Source of the DNA: Eledone cirrhosa
Taxonomy: Eukaryota
Length of the DNA stretch: 64,000 bases
Direction of reading: 5' to 3'
Assembly (NCBI GenBank): GCA_964016885.1
Contig: OZ024742.1
Coordinates: 198,648,001-198,712,000, forward strand
Below, one piece after another: positions 1 to 14,262 of the stretch. The notes under the pieces are model-generated. The model ran no database searches. It saw only the letters and a list, made by a program, of their open reading frames with translations, and was not told the DNA's origin. Both the position numbers and the translations under genes were made by a program. The first letter of the stretch is position 1; each line of letters opens with the position of its first letter.

Positions 1-129
1 CTGAGATGAGTTGGTATTAAGATTATGATTTAGCTGACTGTTCACCTCATTCTCGTACTGTGTACTTACAATATTTATATTTACACAATGTTTCAATCAA
101 ATTACTTGTGCTGGAGCCATGATAAATTG

Positions 130-585
130 CCCTCAGTACACTCTGTAAAGTGGTAGTGTTGGTGGAATGTTAAAATGCACTTGGGATATACTGTAAAATG
201 GTAGTGCTGGTACCATTTTAAAACGAATCTGAGATGTGCTGTAAAGTGGTAGTGCTGCTGTCATGATAACATACACCCAGTGGAAAGTATTAGTTCTGGT
301 GCCATGATATAATACACCTAGCACACTGCATAATGTGGTAGTGTGAGTGCTATGACAAAATGCACCCAGTACACTCTGTACTGTGTTAGTGCCGGTCCCA
401 TGTTATAATGCACACAGTACAGACTCGGTACACCCTGTAGGTCGTTATGTTAGAAAAGGCATCCACCAATAAAACCCATGCCAAATATGGAACATGTGAA
501 CAAACTGAGATCGGTTTGACCTATCTAGTCTCAGACCATGACAATCTGTCCAAACCATGTCAACATAGAAGACAGACATAAAATG
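130..585 (+). repeat. Degenerate tandem array of a ~48-bp SINE/RTE 3'-UTR module, ending in an RTE-type tail
   Basis: Repeats of cagtacactctgtaaagtggtagtgctggtgccatg(a)taaaatgcac, followed by ttagaaaaggcatcca...aaccatgtcaacatagaagacagacataaaatg. The same module and tail occur in the SINEs and RTE 3' UTRs of this window. Confidence 0.7.
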
Positions 586-2253
586 GCGATACTTTAGAAA
601 AGGTACACCATATCCATGTGTATAAGCATATTGTATGAACCTATAACTCCTAATGGAATTGTAGAGGTGCCGTAATAACATATAGCATTTCTTGGGTATC
701 TTTATAACCTTATGGAGTCCATCTCCTTTCCAGGTCTGAACACAGCTAATTTCTTCCAGAGAAAGATGAGAGAGAGAGAGCGAAAGGAAGTGAAAAAGAA
801 ATATAGAGAAAGAATTAACCCCAGTTCTTGAGTGGTATTTTTTTTTTTTATTATCAACCACGAAAGGATGAAAGGAAAAGTTAACCTCAACAGGATTTGA
901 ACAGAGAGTTCGAACAAATGCTGCAACCAATTTTGTTGCAGTATTTTGCACATTCTAATACACACAGGAGGCAGTGAATTGGTAGTGCTGTTAGAATGTC
1001 AGATAGAGTATTCATTCCAAATGGGTTGGCACCAGGAACAGCACTCATCTGTAAATCATTACATCAAGAAGAACAAGTATGAATCTTGCCATGGAGCCCA
1101 TCCTGGCTTTAGTAGGGAGAATGGCTTATGGCTTTAAAATGCTTGTTATATTTAGAATGTCAGCTTACTATGTGTTTAAAATTTGACTAGATCCACCATA
1201 TTCTTGTGTGTTGTAAAAGGCTTCACAAGGGGCCCCTTTTTAAACATGGGCCTGGGTGCTACTTTGCTATGGAAAAAATATGATGGTAATGGCTGGATTA
1301 CAATCAATTATTATGAACTGGATCTATCTGGCCTGAGCTGGAGCATTACTAAATAACAACAAATATTTTCCTCTGCACTAAACAAACAGAATCTGAAGAA
1401 AATACTGACAGTTTGAGTTGACAAAAAGGCTGCAAATTGGTAGAGTTGTTGGAGCAAAGGACAAACTGTCCTGCAGTATTGTGTTGTGAGTTCAAATCCT
1501 ACCAAGGTCAACTTTAACATTCATCCTTTTGGTGTCCAATAAAATAAAATACCAGTCTCAGGTGTGGGATTAATGGAATTGGATCATTGAACAATATGTC
1601 TTGTGATATTTCATTCTAACTTCAAATCCTACTGTAGCTTATTTAGTGATGAATTTAATCTGTTGTCCAGTTTAACACCAACAACTGGTACTTGGGTACC
1701 TTTAGCAAAGTCTACTCTATTGCAAGATTTGAACTAGGACTCCTAGTGGAAGATACCTTGCTCTCTCCTATCAGTTTTGGAGGCTCTAAAGAGGATCACA
1801 ACCACTGGCCTTCTTTTCCTGACTAAACACTAAAAAATGTGTTTATATAAGAGACAAAGTGAAGTATGTTTATGGGTGTACTTCTGTGTGTGTCTATCTC
1901 TGTATATATCTGTGTCTGGATATCTGTGTGTATATGTGGGTATGTATCTGTATGTGTGTGTATGTCTTTGTATGCATGTGTGTGCATGTTTTGTTGTGTG
2001 TCTATGTGTATGTGTGTGTGTGTATCTATATGTGTGTCTGTACATCATCATCATCATCATTTTTACGTCTGTTTTTCCATGCTTGCATGGGTTGTGTATG
2101 TGAATATGTACGAGTGTGTGCATGTATCTGTATATATGTGTATGTATCTTTGTGGGTGTGTGTCAAAAGACAAGAACAGAGACCACTATAGTTACACAAT
2201 GGTGACACATTTTACTTCGTTGACAATGAAAAAACCAGTAAAAAAATACTTCT

Positions 2254-2759
2254 TTAACTCTTAACGCCCTGGACTGCATAGCAAACTTAGCAAAGACAGA
2301 CTTGAAAAAGTACAAAACCAAACTATTACTGCATCACATTTAAAATTGAAGTCCTGACTAATATTTTCACAACAATCTGTCTACTAGTAAGGATACTATA
2401 AACATTTAATTTGAATTAACAAATTGGGCTTGCAATCGAAAGGTTGTGAGTTCAATACTCGGACCAGGTGATGTGTTGTTTCCTTGAGCAAGACACTTTA
2501 TTTCACATTGCTCCAGTTTACTTGGCTGTAGAAATGAGATGATAGGACTGGGGTCCCTATCATTCCACTGTAAAGTGGACGTGTAGGCACCATGAAAAAA
2601 AAGCACCCAGCACTCACTGTAAATGAGGTTGGTGTTAGGAAGGGCATCCAGCCAGAATCAGTTTCCGTATGAGCAAGACAAGGTCAGCCGACCGGAGACT
2701 GCCCATAACAAGACAACCCGTCTAACCCATGCTAGCGTGGAAGAACGGACGTAAAATGG

Positions 2760-2790
<31 letters not shown>

Positions 2791-3013
2791 ACCCATTTTA
2801 AGATATTTTTCTGATAAACCATTACAATAGAATAATTGTTTCTACTTTTGGCACAATTATCCCGGCACATTACTGGTACTTTATTTTATCGACCCTGTAA
2901 GGATGAACGGCAAAGTTAACCTCGGTGGGATTTGAATTCAGACTGGGTAATTGCTGGCCTTGTGCCAAAAGTAGAAACAATTATTATTATATTATTATGA
3001 TGTTAAGAGTTAA
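2254..3013. mobile_element. TTAA-ended (piggyBac-like) MITE carrying nested SINE insertions
   Basis: Terminal ttaactcttaac (2254) and gttaagagttaa (3002-3013) form a perfect 12-bp inverted repeat. The left part recurs reversed at ~29360-29565. Confidence 0.55.
2427..2789 (+). mobile_element. tRNA-derived SINE family A, 5' truncated
   Basis: B-box gagttcaatact, CORE-like ccttgagcaagacacttta, RTE-type tail ending in (gat)n. Confidence 0.85.
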
Positions 3014-4743
3014 ATAGAAATAAGAATTATATATGCTATTCAATGTAAATTCCGCTGTGTATCCAGTTTAGAGTAGATACACAATATCCTTGTGTTGGAA
3101 GAGGTGACTAAAAGGATTGGCATCAAGAAGGGCATCCAACATGGAAACATTGCCATAAAAGCAATGATGATGATGAGTTAAATATCAGCTTGTGTTGTTT
3201 TTTTTTCTTCTTTACAATTCTTTACAATTCTTTACAATTCCTGATCAAACAGTGTATTATACGTTACATAATTGATACCAAATCGCTTGAAACTGCCCCT
3301 GGCATCTGGCTGTAGAACATTGCCTCACAAAGGACCTCATCATGTATATGAAACTTATCATGGGGCCTACGGCGAAGAGTAACCTGGAAAGCAGGGCATG
3401 CAGTACAATCGCCATGGCGGAAAGTGGGGCTGTGCAGCCCCCCCCCCCCCCATTCCCTCTAAATGACCCTCCCGGTCAAAGCCGCATGTAGTGTTATCTA
3501 GTGTATGTGTGTGTGTGTCTGTGTGTTATCTTTTTATGTGTCTACGATTTAGTAAGCAGCCAAAATTCTGCTTGCTTCAACCGACGCAATTGATCAACTC
3601 AAGATTCTATAATGCATGCACGGACCCTTCGCCCCTGGCCTACAGGGCTAAACCCGGCTTTAAGCAGGGAAAAATGGCCTTAAAACACTTCTGTTGTAAT
3701 ACACTAATTAATGTAAAGTGATGTCTTAATAAACTAAATAGCATATGTGTGTGAGTGTGTGCATATGTGTGAGTGTATGTGGCTGTGTGAGTGTATATAT
3801 GAAAATGTATGAGTATATGAGTGTATGAGAGCGTGTATGTGTGTGAGAGTGTGTGTGAGTGTGAGAGTGTGTGTGAGAGTGTGTGTGTGTGTGAGTGAAC
3901 AGATGTGCCTATGCGAGTGTGCTTGTGTGTGAGTGAGTATGTGTTTGTTAGTGTGTGTATCTGTGAGCGAGTAGATGTATGTCTGAGTGTGTGTATGCAT
4001 GTGTGTGAAGGTTTCTAAGAGTATATGTGAGTTTCTATATGTGTCTGTTTCTCTATATGGTTATGTAAATGCATGTGTTTCTGTGTGTGTATATAGGTAG
4101 GTATGTGTTCATGGATTAACACCTGTGTCTGGGGGCGAGGGGCGTTGTAAATGTGTATATGTATGTGGTCGTGTGTGTACGCTCTCTCGTGTACGAATGA
4201 AATTTGATGCAAATGTGCATAAATTTCTTTGTGTGCATGTCAGTGTGTGTGTGTGTGTGTGTGTGTGAGTGTGCATGTGTATTTGTAGGTAGGTGTGCAT
4301 GTATGTGAATGTTTGTTAGTACGTGTCAGTATGCAGTTGAAGATGAAGGTAGGTGTGGTGGTGGTGGGGTGACTGGGCAGTAAGTAGGGTCCCCCACAAT
4401 ATTTAAAAGGCCCCCAAATTGCTTATTTTGCTGCCACAAATAATACACATGGACCCTGATGAAATTTTCAGCCAGGGGACACCCAGACTTAAATCACTCC
4501 TGTCAGTGCATATACATGTTTCATGTATAGCAAGTATATGTATGTGCCAAGCAATCCAAGTGGAGGGAAGTTGCAGAAAAGGAAGACCAAGGAAGACATG
4601 AGAAGAAATGGTGATGGTTGGTCTAGAGAGGTGGAATCACATGAAAGACATGACAAAGAATAAACAGCAAGATGTTGTGCTAAAGAAAACCTGTATAACA
4701 CATGATAACATGGAAAAATAGAGGTTAAAGGATGAAGGTGATG

Positions 4744-4792
<49 letters not shown>

Positions 4793-4846
4793 CATATATA
4801 TATATATATACATATATACATATATATATATACATATATATATAAT

Positions 4847-5195
4847 GGAGGCACATGGCTTAGTGGTTAGAGCATTGGCCTTGCAATCGAAAGGTTGTGA
4901 GTTCAATTCTCAGACCGGGTGATGTGTTGTTTCCTTGAGCAAGACACTTTATTTCACATTGCTCCAGTTTACTCAGCTGTAGAAATGAGATGATAGGGAC
5001 TGGGGTCCCTATCATTCCACTGCAAAGTGGTCGTGGAGGTGCCACGGCAAAAAAGCACCCAGCACTCACTGTAAATGAGGTTGGTGTTAGGAAGGGCATC
5101 CAGCTGTAGAAATCAAGCCAGAATCAGTTCCCGTCCCACCCTTGCAAGCAGGGAAAAGTGGACGTAAAATGAAATGATGATGATGATGATGATGA
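4847..5195 (+). mobile_element. Full-length tRNA-derived SINE family A (tRNA head, CORE-like domain, RTE-derived 3' tail)
   Basis: A-box tggcttagtgg, B-box gagttcaattc, ccttgagcaagacactt, tail cccttgcaagcagggaaaagtggacgtaaaat(gat)n. Near-identical copies at 14878-15308(+), 32305-32586(+), 39657-39976(+), 54843-55144(-) and 55685-56027(-). Confidence 0.9.
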
Positions 5196-5394
5196 TATAT
5201 ATATATACACACACACACATGCATGTATATATATACACCAGCCAGAAACAGTTCTATATGAACAAGACACGGTCACCTGACCTGACTTGCCTCTAATGGG
5301 ACAAGGCTTCAAACCCATGCAACCATGGAAAATGGATATTAAACAATGATGATGATGATACACACACATCATATATATATATATATATATATAT

Positions 5395-5452
5395 GAGAAA
5401 GTATGACCCCGACGGCAGAGCTCAAGCCGTTTTGTCGGGGTCATACTTTCTC
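5395..5452. other. Perfect 19-bp hairpin at the start of a PLE terminal-repeat-like fragment
   Basis: gagaaagtatgaccccgac pairs with gtcggggtcatactttctc. It is followed by the tacccactct...ttgagtactc...accaca motif and flanked by (TA)n. Confidence 0.7.
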
Positions 5453-5547
5453 CTATTACCCACTCTACTACCCTAAGTATTGAGTACTCTGGTACGTTAT
5501 GGTCCATCTGGTTCTTTACCACAGCTCCTTAGTTATATATATATATA

Positions 5548-5652
5548 CAGAGTGTCCCCAAAAATGTATACACACTTCAACACCATTCTAATAAATATTG
5601 CCTGTACAGGTAATCAAAGTATGTATGCATTTTGGGGGGGGGGGACAGCCTG
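5548..5652. mobile_element. Tc1/mariner-like MITE (~105 bp)
   Basis: TA|cagagtgtccccaaaaatgtatacacactt ... aagtatgtatgcatttttgggg..gacagcctg|TA. A second copy is at ~54046-54155. Confidence 0.75.
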
Positions 5653-6064
5653 TATATACACACACATACATGTATACATACAAACACACATACAAAACAG
5701 CCAACAGCAGCAACAATATAATAATGATAATAATAATAATAAGAAGAAGAAGAGAATGTGGAATGTGACTATCATCTAAACTAAAACATTATGAAATCAA
5801 TTGGGGGGTAATTAGATAATTATTTCTCAATGACTCACTTGGCTGGGGATTCTGCATTATACCATGGTAGAAGACAAATAATGCAGATCTTAGATCTTCC
5901 TTCTTCAGCAAATGGACATAGTTCTAGCTTCGATGCTGCTCAGTGCAGCACATACTTGCATGTACATAGAGCAGTACAACAAGGTTTTAGCAACATCACT
6001 TCACCACAACAATAGTTATGAGAGCTTATATATATATATATAAGTATATATATATATATATTTT

Positions 6065-6106
<42 letters not shown>

Positions 6107-6120
6107 TATATATATATTTT

Positions 6121-6180
<60 letters not shown>

Positions 6181-6240
6181 TATATATATATTTTTATGTG
6201 TATATATATATATATATATATATAGATATATATATATTTT

Positions 6241-6276
<36 letters not shown>

Positions 6277-6290
6277 TATATATATATTTT

Positions 6291-6336
<46 letters not shown>

Positions 6337-7124
6337 TATGTGTATATATATATATATATCTATAGAGAGAGAGAGAGAGAGGTGTGTGTGTATGTATATA
6401 TATACAAAGTGTTCACGGTTCAGAGACCGGCTAGACCACAGATTAGGATCGCATTCGATGCATGTTAAACTGTAGAGCAGTATAGTCCCAATGGAGGGCC
6501 CCCCTCTCCGTATCAGCTGGCTATCAGGCCCACTGCTTTTAAACTACTTCTCTCTCTATATATCTATAATATTTCGCTATGTGAAGTGACATTGAGGAAA
6601 TAGCATTGCTAAATCCTTATTATCGATATTGATTACGTATGATTATGTATGAAGTTGAGGGGATTATCTGATGATGATGAAGGCAAGCTTGTAATACATC
6701 ATTATCTTACATAGCAGCTCAAACTACTATCAACAGTTACCCAAGCAAATCTAATTGATGAGTTAAACTGGAAAAAAATATATATATATAACGAGAGATA
6801 GAGAGAGAAAGAGGTGAGATTATTGTTGCTGCAGGCCATTCAGTCTGTTTACTGGGGTTTAGTACACAACTTAGATTATTGCATAAACAATATATAAACA
6901 ATACATAAACAACAAAACAAACAAATTAAGACTGATGCAAGAAAGCTAGATGAAAGACGAAGACACACACACACACACACACACATGTATATTGAGCTTT
7001 GAAACATAGATGAAAAGAAAAGGAATGAAGAGGAGTGTTATATCGGATAAAGGAAAACCATGTTTCCATTGGTCTTTCCATTTCTGATACTATCTGTTGG
7101 TTGCAACTCATAGCAGAAACATAA

Positions 7125-7610
7125 GTGGACACAAAGTTGTTTGTTGTGAAACATGGATATATATATATGGTCTATACATGTGGAGATAAAATTTGTTGTA
7201 AAATGTGTATATAAAAGCTATTGTGAAATGTGTATATAAAATCTATTTGTTGAGAAGCATATTGATAAAAGATTTATTGTAAAACAAGTGGATATTTTTT
7301 ATTAGTGAAACATGTGGATATATTTATTTATTGTGAAATATGTGGTGATAACGTATAAGAAATATTTTCTGTAAAGCATGTGGAAATAATTGCTATGAAA
7401 CATGGAGATGAGCTACATTGTAAAACAAGAGAAGATCAGATTTGTTATGAAACATGTGGACATGATACCTATTTATTATGAAACATATGGACATGATATC
7501 TATTTATTATGAAACATATGGATATATCTCTTCATTATGAAACATGTGGACATGAGACTTCTTGTGAAACGTGAAGATATTAATTTACTGTGAAACATGT
7601 GGACATATGA
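7125..7610. repeat. Degenerate ~30-bp minisatellite
   Basis: Repeated tttattgtgaaacatgtggacat-like units. Confidence 0.85.
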
Positions 7611-8640
7611 TATATCTGTCCTGAATTGACCGATGTCTTGTCAATATTGGAGTAAACAGTGAGGTGGACATCAGGAAATGTGGATTAGTATAATCTAGTC
7701 AGACAATGGATTGATATCTGATTCTCACATATAATATAGTATCTGCTAGTAGAAGCATGATTGGCTGACAATCTCCATACTTGATGTTTGAGATCATTGA
7801 GATAAAAGTTGGCCTCTGTTTGTGATGCTGTAGATTCATTGATTGGAGCTGGCTCAACTCACTCTCACCGAATGCCAATACAGATGCAGGTAAGTACAAT
7901 TCCTTGTGAATTTAAGTTGCCAGATGGAAACTGTGCAAATGCCCATCCTCATACATCCATTTCTTTCCATGCTGGTATGGGTTGGACAGGTAATTTCAAA
8001 CTAAGTCAGTACTTAATCAAAGTTATTGACCTTCTAAATGGACTGGGGCCCAACATCTTGTTTACATTCCAGTTTCTCATGGTTTCTACAGCTAGATACC
8101 CTTCCTAATGCCAACCACTTTACATATATGCGTGAGGAAGGTGTCTGTGGTATTGTTTGTGAGTGCCATGCCAGCTTTCATCTAACAGACCTATGATCAA
8201 AGGTATTCCAGCCATGACTATTAAGGATACTTATGACTTCATTATTTAATGTATCCATTCTCCCCCCCCCCCCCCTCCAAAAAAAAAAGAAACAGCAGTA
8301 TATGATCAAATGACATTTGACTACTATTTTTAGTAGACCAATCAACCCTGTAGAGAGACGCCCACATTGGGACATGTGTCTTACAGTGTTACACCTGGTT
8401 GGAGATGATGATGATGATGATGATGATGATATAGTCGGTTGAGTTGCTATCCCTTCACATCAAAAGGTATCTAAACTAGTTGATATTTAGAAATCAATAA
8501 AATAAGTACAGAGATCAATATAATCTGGTAAAACACTTGAGGGCGGTGCCCCAGCAAGGCTCATGTACAGCCAATGGAAGCAATGAAAGAATAAAAGATT
8601 ATTTAAAAAATCAATACAGTTTATTTATTTTATTAATTCT

Positions 8641-9287
8641 TTAACCCTTTGATTACTATATTTCTAATGAAACACACAGCCTATGATTATCAAATAATTT
8701 TGCAAATAATCAGGAATTTGAAGGGATTTTAATTAATATAACTTTCTCATTATTAACTTGTTTGGAGCTTAAAGAATTTTCTTTCAAATTATGATGGAGG
8801 GTTTATAATGAGCGAAAGAATACAATCACGAATACAAGCAGCCGAAATGGGGGTTTCTCCTAAGGGTCTTTGGAGTAATGTTACACAATAGAGCTCAGAG
8901 ATCAGAGTCACTCCAAGTAGAGCTGCTACTTCTCCAAATTGAGAGATCACAGCTCTGATACTATGGCCATGTGGTTCGAATGTCTCAGGAAAGAATCACT
9001 GGACAGATTTAATGTGTGAAACCAACTAGCAGGAGACCCAGGGGTAGACCCTGAACAAGATGGTTGGATAACTTCCATGAGCTTGGCGATCCAACCAGAT
9101 CAGTTGGAGATGGTTACTTCTCATAGGACCTGCTGGAAGGTGCATTTGAGGACTCTGCCCCAACGACCCTCTCAGGAATAAGTGGGCAAAGAAGAAGGTT
9201 TGTAAATAAATATAAATACTAAGATAAACAGTTTAAACAGTTATATATCACAGGTAGTTTCAGGTGGTTTGGTATCAAAAGGGTTAA
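8641..9287. mobile_element. TTAA-ended piggyBac-like MITE interrupted by an RTE fragment
   Basis: ttaacccttt ... aaagggttaa termini. The body matches uninterrupted copies at 59225-59465, 60898-61159 and 62051-62276. Confidence 0.75.
8805..9196 (+). mobile_element. Rex3/Expander-like RTE LINE 3' fragment (degenerate)
   Basis: Translates, with frameshifts, to SRIQAAEMG...LLLQIERSQL.YYGHVVRMSQER...RRPRGRP..RWLD; ends in a (gaa)n tail. Copies at 18713-19237(+), 40495-40870(-) and 62284-62410(-). Confidence 0.8.
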
Positions 9288-9296
9288 ACCATTAGA

Positions 9297-9485
9297 CTTG
9301 TCATCTAGCTTCTCTTTTAGCTACTTGATATTGTTCTTTGCTGCTGCTATTTTTACAGTCTTTCTATGCCTTCTCTTAACTTTAATGGTTCTATCTACAA
9401 TGCTGTTCCACCAACAAGCCATCCTTTGTTTAGCTGGCAGCTTGCTCCAGCCACTAGTCTCGTCACTAGCTTGCCGCAGGCTGTA
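9297..9485 (-). mobile_element. RTE LINE internal fragment (endonuclease-RT linker)
   Basis: Minus-strand translation ...QRMACWWNSIVDRTIKVKRR...EQYQVAKREAR resembles the RTE WWWN..V...IK.KR...Y..AK..A motif. Confidence 0.6.
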
Positions 9486-9738
9486 ATGTATTCACATAGA
9501 ATGCAGCCGGTAGTGTATATATCATAATCATCATTGTTAATTTACGTCTAGTTTCCATGCTCACATCAATTAGACAGATTGTCACATTCTGAGGTCAAAC
9601 ATGTCAGATAACTGTGACTTGCTCACACATATTGTTTTAGCATAGTTTCTATGGCTAGATGCCCTTTCTAATGCCAACCACTACACTGCATGTACTAGGT
9701 GTATTGTATCATGTCACCACCACTATCACCACAAACAC

Positions 9739-9783
<45 letters not shown>

Positions 9784-10089
9784 CAATGAAAGTGAGTAAA
9801 ATCGAAGTTGCAGCTATAGCTAGCATCTTTCAAGAGAACAATCCTTAGAAGTTGGCATAAGCACTCAATGAGATATCGATAAATTGATGAGTTAAAGCTC
9901 AGAGTAACAAACATACATTAAAGGTGTGACAAATTGAAAATTGTGGCCAGGTAAAAATGCCACAAAAGCTACAACAACTAAAATACAAACTATCAATCCA
10001 TAAACATAGTTTTGTTACCATTCCAGAAAGAAACTGAATATTATTTATTTTGTCTATAAAACAATAGGTTATGTACTATTATATATAAT

Positions 10090-10370
10090 TGATGGTTCCA
10101 CTGATGAATGTTCCAGCTGTTTCATCAATGGAGCAGGCTGCTTAATGGCTAAGCATTCCACAGACATGTACTATTAACGTAATTCTCAGAAAGATTCAAC
10201 ACGATACAAATTATGACAAGACTGGCACTTTGCATTAAAGACACAACTCATTTTTTCCAGCTGAGCAGAGAAGTGCAACATGAAATAAAGTGTCTTGCTC
10301 AGGGATATAACACACTGCTGGGAATCTAACTCATAACCATACATCACCCTAACCTCTAAGCCACACACCT
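10090..10370 (-). mobile_element. tRNA-derived SINE family C (CORE-like plus a different 3' domain)
   Basis: Shares aaataaagtgtcttgctca with family A but has a different 3' part (gcattccacagacatgt...gttctcagggagattca). Copies at ~26900-27190, 33960-34250 and 35515-35940. Confidence 0.65.
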
Positions 10371-10854
10371 TCGTATCATCATCATCATTATCATTTAATG
10401 TCCGCTTTCTCTGCTAGCAAGGGTCGGATGGGTTAACATAGACCAAGTCAGTACAGAAGCAAGGCCACAGAACTCCAAGACAAGCTGAGGAGTATGTATC
10501 CCATTTACGTATGATCATATCGGGTGCAGAAGAGGTTTCATGTCTTTTAACACAAACTGAAGGGTCCTCCTAACCCCTTGTTTAGCAAGCTTTCTACAGC
10601 TCGATGTTCTTCCTAACACGACCACTTTACAGCATGTACTGAGTGCTTTTATTGTGATGATTTTGTAAAATAAAGAACACCATAGCTGAAAAGTCTTAGC
10701 TCATAGATTTGCATAACCAGAGATAACCAGCCTTCACCATATCTGCACAGGTTTTCTTTAACTGTAGCTTCCTTCCACTGGAATCTTTTAGTATATCCAA
10801 TGTCTCACCCTTGCAAGCAGGGAAAAGTGGACGTATGATGATGATGAATGATCA

Positions 10855-11400
10855 TCATTTATCTGCACCATGTGTCCATACCAGCACAATATCCTCCCTG
10901 GTACACTACACCTGATTCCTCTTATGCCTAATTTTTCTCTCAGTTCAACTGTTTTGCTTGATTTGTTTCTGCCCAGTTTCGGCATATTCTCTGCATTCGT
11001 TGTCCATGTCTGACTACCAAACAAACTCACATTTCATCATTTGGAGAAGAAATCCTTATGTTATTAACAAAGGTAGTAACTCCCTGAAATTTTTCGATCC
11101 TGTTCTTACTCTAGCTACGATACTTTCAGAGCAGCCTCCTCCACTACTAATTAGGTCACCCAGGTAACAGAAATTATCAACTTCTTCTATGGAGCCTTCC
11201 TAGGATAGGAAAAAATATATTTCACTGAGGCTATAACCACTAACTACAAATGTACATCTCCTACATACAAATTTTACCTTTGCTTTTAACCTATCTATCT
11301 CATTACACCACTTGTGTACCCATATTTTATATTGTGTACATCATAAAAGAGTTTCTACCAACTCCTTGTCTATGTATCGAGGATGGCCATTTCTCTAAGA
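10855..11400 (-). mobile_element. Degenerate RTE LINE C-terminal fragment
   Basis: Minus strand encodes KWPSSIHRQGVG.NS and LREKLGIRGIRCSV...WYGHMV, matching the 37642-38895 RTE. Confidence 0.75.
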
Positions 11401-12148
11401 GTATCAGTATTTTGGTCTTTGCTAAGTTCATGTGTGTGTATGTGTGTAAGTATGGATGTATGTGTATATTAAAAGCAAAATACGAACCCCAATACGCCCG
11501 AAAGCCAACTGCTGGCTTTGTTTGTCCGTCACTTTCGTACTGTTTGTCTGGCTTTGACTTTAGTTGGTTAGCTTGATACTGCGCAAATGATCCCAAGTCC
11601 CTGGAATATTGACCACAAAGCTGCAAAACAAGAAGGTTTGTGACAATGAAGAGCAGTAATTAAGTGAGTTCATATATTTATTACAATAACAACATATATG
11701 TGTGTGTGTATATATACATATGCGTGGTTAAACCACTGGGAGTGAAGGGCCCTAGCCTTTGTCAGAGAATTCTTCTAGGAGAAGGCAACTCAACTGGGAT
11801 AACTCCGATATAAAACCTGCGGCTCAGTAGTTACTGATGATGTTGATCTTTTCTTGTTTTCGAGTTACAGCTACTGTCACGCAGAGAGTGAGATTGGCTC
11901 AGTGCACAGTCTTTCCTCACTTTAAAAAAAAATCTTCATCACAGGCATTGCACAATAGCATTAATTGATAATTATTAATAATATTATATCATGCAATGAC
12001 CATACTCGATAACGAGGAGGCAGCCATCATATATGTATACATACGTATATATATATATATATAGATATATATATATACATATATTGATGAGGGACTTATT
12101 TTATTACATGTTACCATGTGCTACCTGCAGTATTTTTCTCTATATTTT

Positions 12149-12312
<164 letters not shown>

Positions 12313-12329
12313 CATATATAGATACATAA

Positions 12330-13003
12330 AGCATAAACGAACTAAGGAAAAAATTAGAAATAAGAGGGATCAGATGTTTACTCGAGAGAAGGCTACGTTG
12401 GTATGGACACGTGATGCGCATGAAAGTCGATAGCTGTATAACAAAGTGCAGGGCAATAAAGATAGACGGTAGCCACGGAATAGGCAGACCTAGAAAAACC
12501 TGGGACGAGCTGATAAACTCCGACCTCACACACTTACACCTCTCCAAGACAATGTCACTGGACCGAGACCTTTGGTGGTACTCAGTAATAGAGAAGACCC
12601 GCCTTACCTAAATACATAGTAAAACCTACTACAGTCAGTAGGCATCTCTAACAAAATACACCCCCGCTCCACCACCCCCACCCCATCCACACAGCCCCTT
12701 TCAATGTAAAGTTATGTTGGTGCCACAACATCCAGGCCGAAACAAATGAGATCGTGTAGGTGTCACGACAAAAAAACACACAGTCCACGCTGTAATGTGG
12801 CCGTGTAGGCAACACGGTAAAAACCTCCCAGACCCACACTGTAAATGTGGTTGGTGTTAGGAAGGGCATCCAACTGTAGAAAACCTGCCAGACAGTCCTA
12901 TGCGAGCAAGACAATCACTCTTGCCTCAAGTGGGAAAACCCCCCGTCCAAACCCATGCAAGCGTGGAACACGGACGTTAAACGTTGATGATGATGATGAT
13001 GAC
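12330..13003 (+). mobile_element. RTE LINE 3' end (ORF C-terminus plus 3' UTR)
   Basis: [39 protein letters not shown], nearly identical to 38500-39183; (gat)n tail. Confidence 0.9.
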
Positions 13004-13121
13004 ATATATATATACACACATATATATATACATATATACATATATATATACATATACATATATATATATATACACATACATATATATATATATACACATA
13101 CATATATATATATATATACAC

Positions 13122-13180
<59 letters not shown>

Positions 13181-13354
13181 CATATATATACATATATATA
13201 TACATACATATATATACATATATATATACATATATACACATATATATATATATATACATATATACACATATATATATATATATACATATATACACATATA
13301 TATATATATATATACATATATACACACATATATATATATATATATATATACATA

Positions 13355-14025
13355 TATTCTATTCTATTCTAAGGCGGGTAAAATTCCCGAGATCCATGGA
13401 CGAGTTCTCTCCAGCGGTCTCTGTCCCTCATTATCGCTGCCATGTCCTGCGTCTCCAATAGACCAGTGTCTGTCCTTAGAGCATCAACATACGTTAACCT
13501 TGGTCTTCCTCTTCTAGTGTGTCCATGTAGGGGCTCCCAAAGGAGCACTGAGTGCAATGTCAACTCTGGATGTCGGGGAGCATGTCCAGCAAACCTCAGT
13601 CTCCTCTGTGTCACTTTTGAGCTGACTCTTGGGATGCTCCCATACAGCTCTGAGTTTTTCATCCTCAGTATATACTGATTAATGTTCAGAGCCATCCTCA
13701 GCATTCTCATGTAGCACCCATCCACCACCTGAGTGAGTTTCTTGGTCAGTGTCCAAGTCTCAGACCCATACAGCAGCACAGACTCCACTACAGCAATGGA
13801 GAGGCGGACTTTCAGGTCTCTACGAAGGTCCGACTTCCACACCGATCTCAAGCTGTGGCACGCCGCCCAAGCCTTGCTCTTCCTCTCAACCACATCATCT
13901 TCCGTATTCCCAATCTTTGCTCCCAAATACAGGAAGCCCTCAACCAATTCTAGTGGCTTCCCGCCTACATTAGTGATCCCCTCTGGCTTCTCAACATTCT
14001 CTACCAGATATTTTGTTTTAGTCTC
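13355..14025 (-). mobile_element. 5'-truncated RTE-clade LINE (second family) with intact C-terminal ORF, inserted in (TA)n
   Basis: FLYLG...[14 protein letters not shown]...RRLRFAGH...RGRPRLTY...DRDRWR; very short 3' UTR with a (tagaa)n-like tail. Confidence 0.9.
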
Positions 14026-14044
14026 ATATATATATACACATATA

Positions 14045-14112
<68 letters not shown>

Positions 14113-14231
14113 CATATATATACATATATATATATATACATATATATACATATATATATATATATACATATATATACATATATATATATATATACATATA
14201 TATACATATATATATATATACATATATATAC

Positions 14232-14262
<31 letters not shown>

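Noticed and set aside
4847-4920. tRNA-like sequence with A and B boxes
   Set aside because: SINE head without a complete cloverleaf; continues into the SINE body.
4860-5099. Recurrent ORF MPFLTPTSFTVSAGCFF...LEQCEIKCLAQG
   Set aside because: Antisense reading of SINE family A; its recurrence reflects SINE copy number.
6668-6720. CTGATGA motifs at ~6668, 4456, 10101, 11834, 26860 and 28446, and ctgatgc at ~59551
   Set aside because: No correctly placed stem II-GAAA-NUH-stem I, so not called ribozymes.
5830-7900. Candidate host exons (donor-like sites at ~5838(-), 7890(+) and 61431(+))
   Set aside because: No matching strong acceptor with an open frame and recognisable protein; cannot be supported without RNA data.
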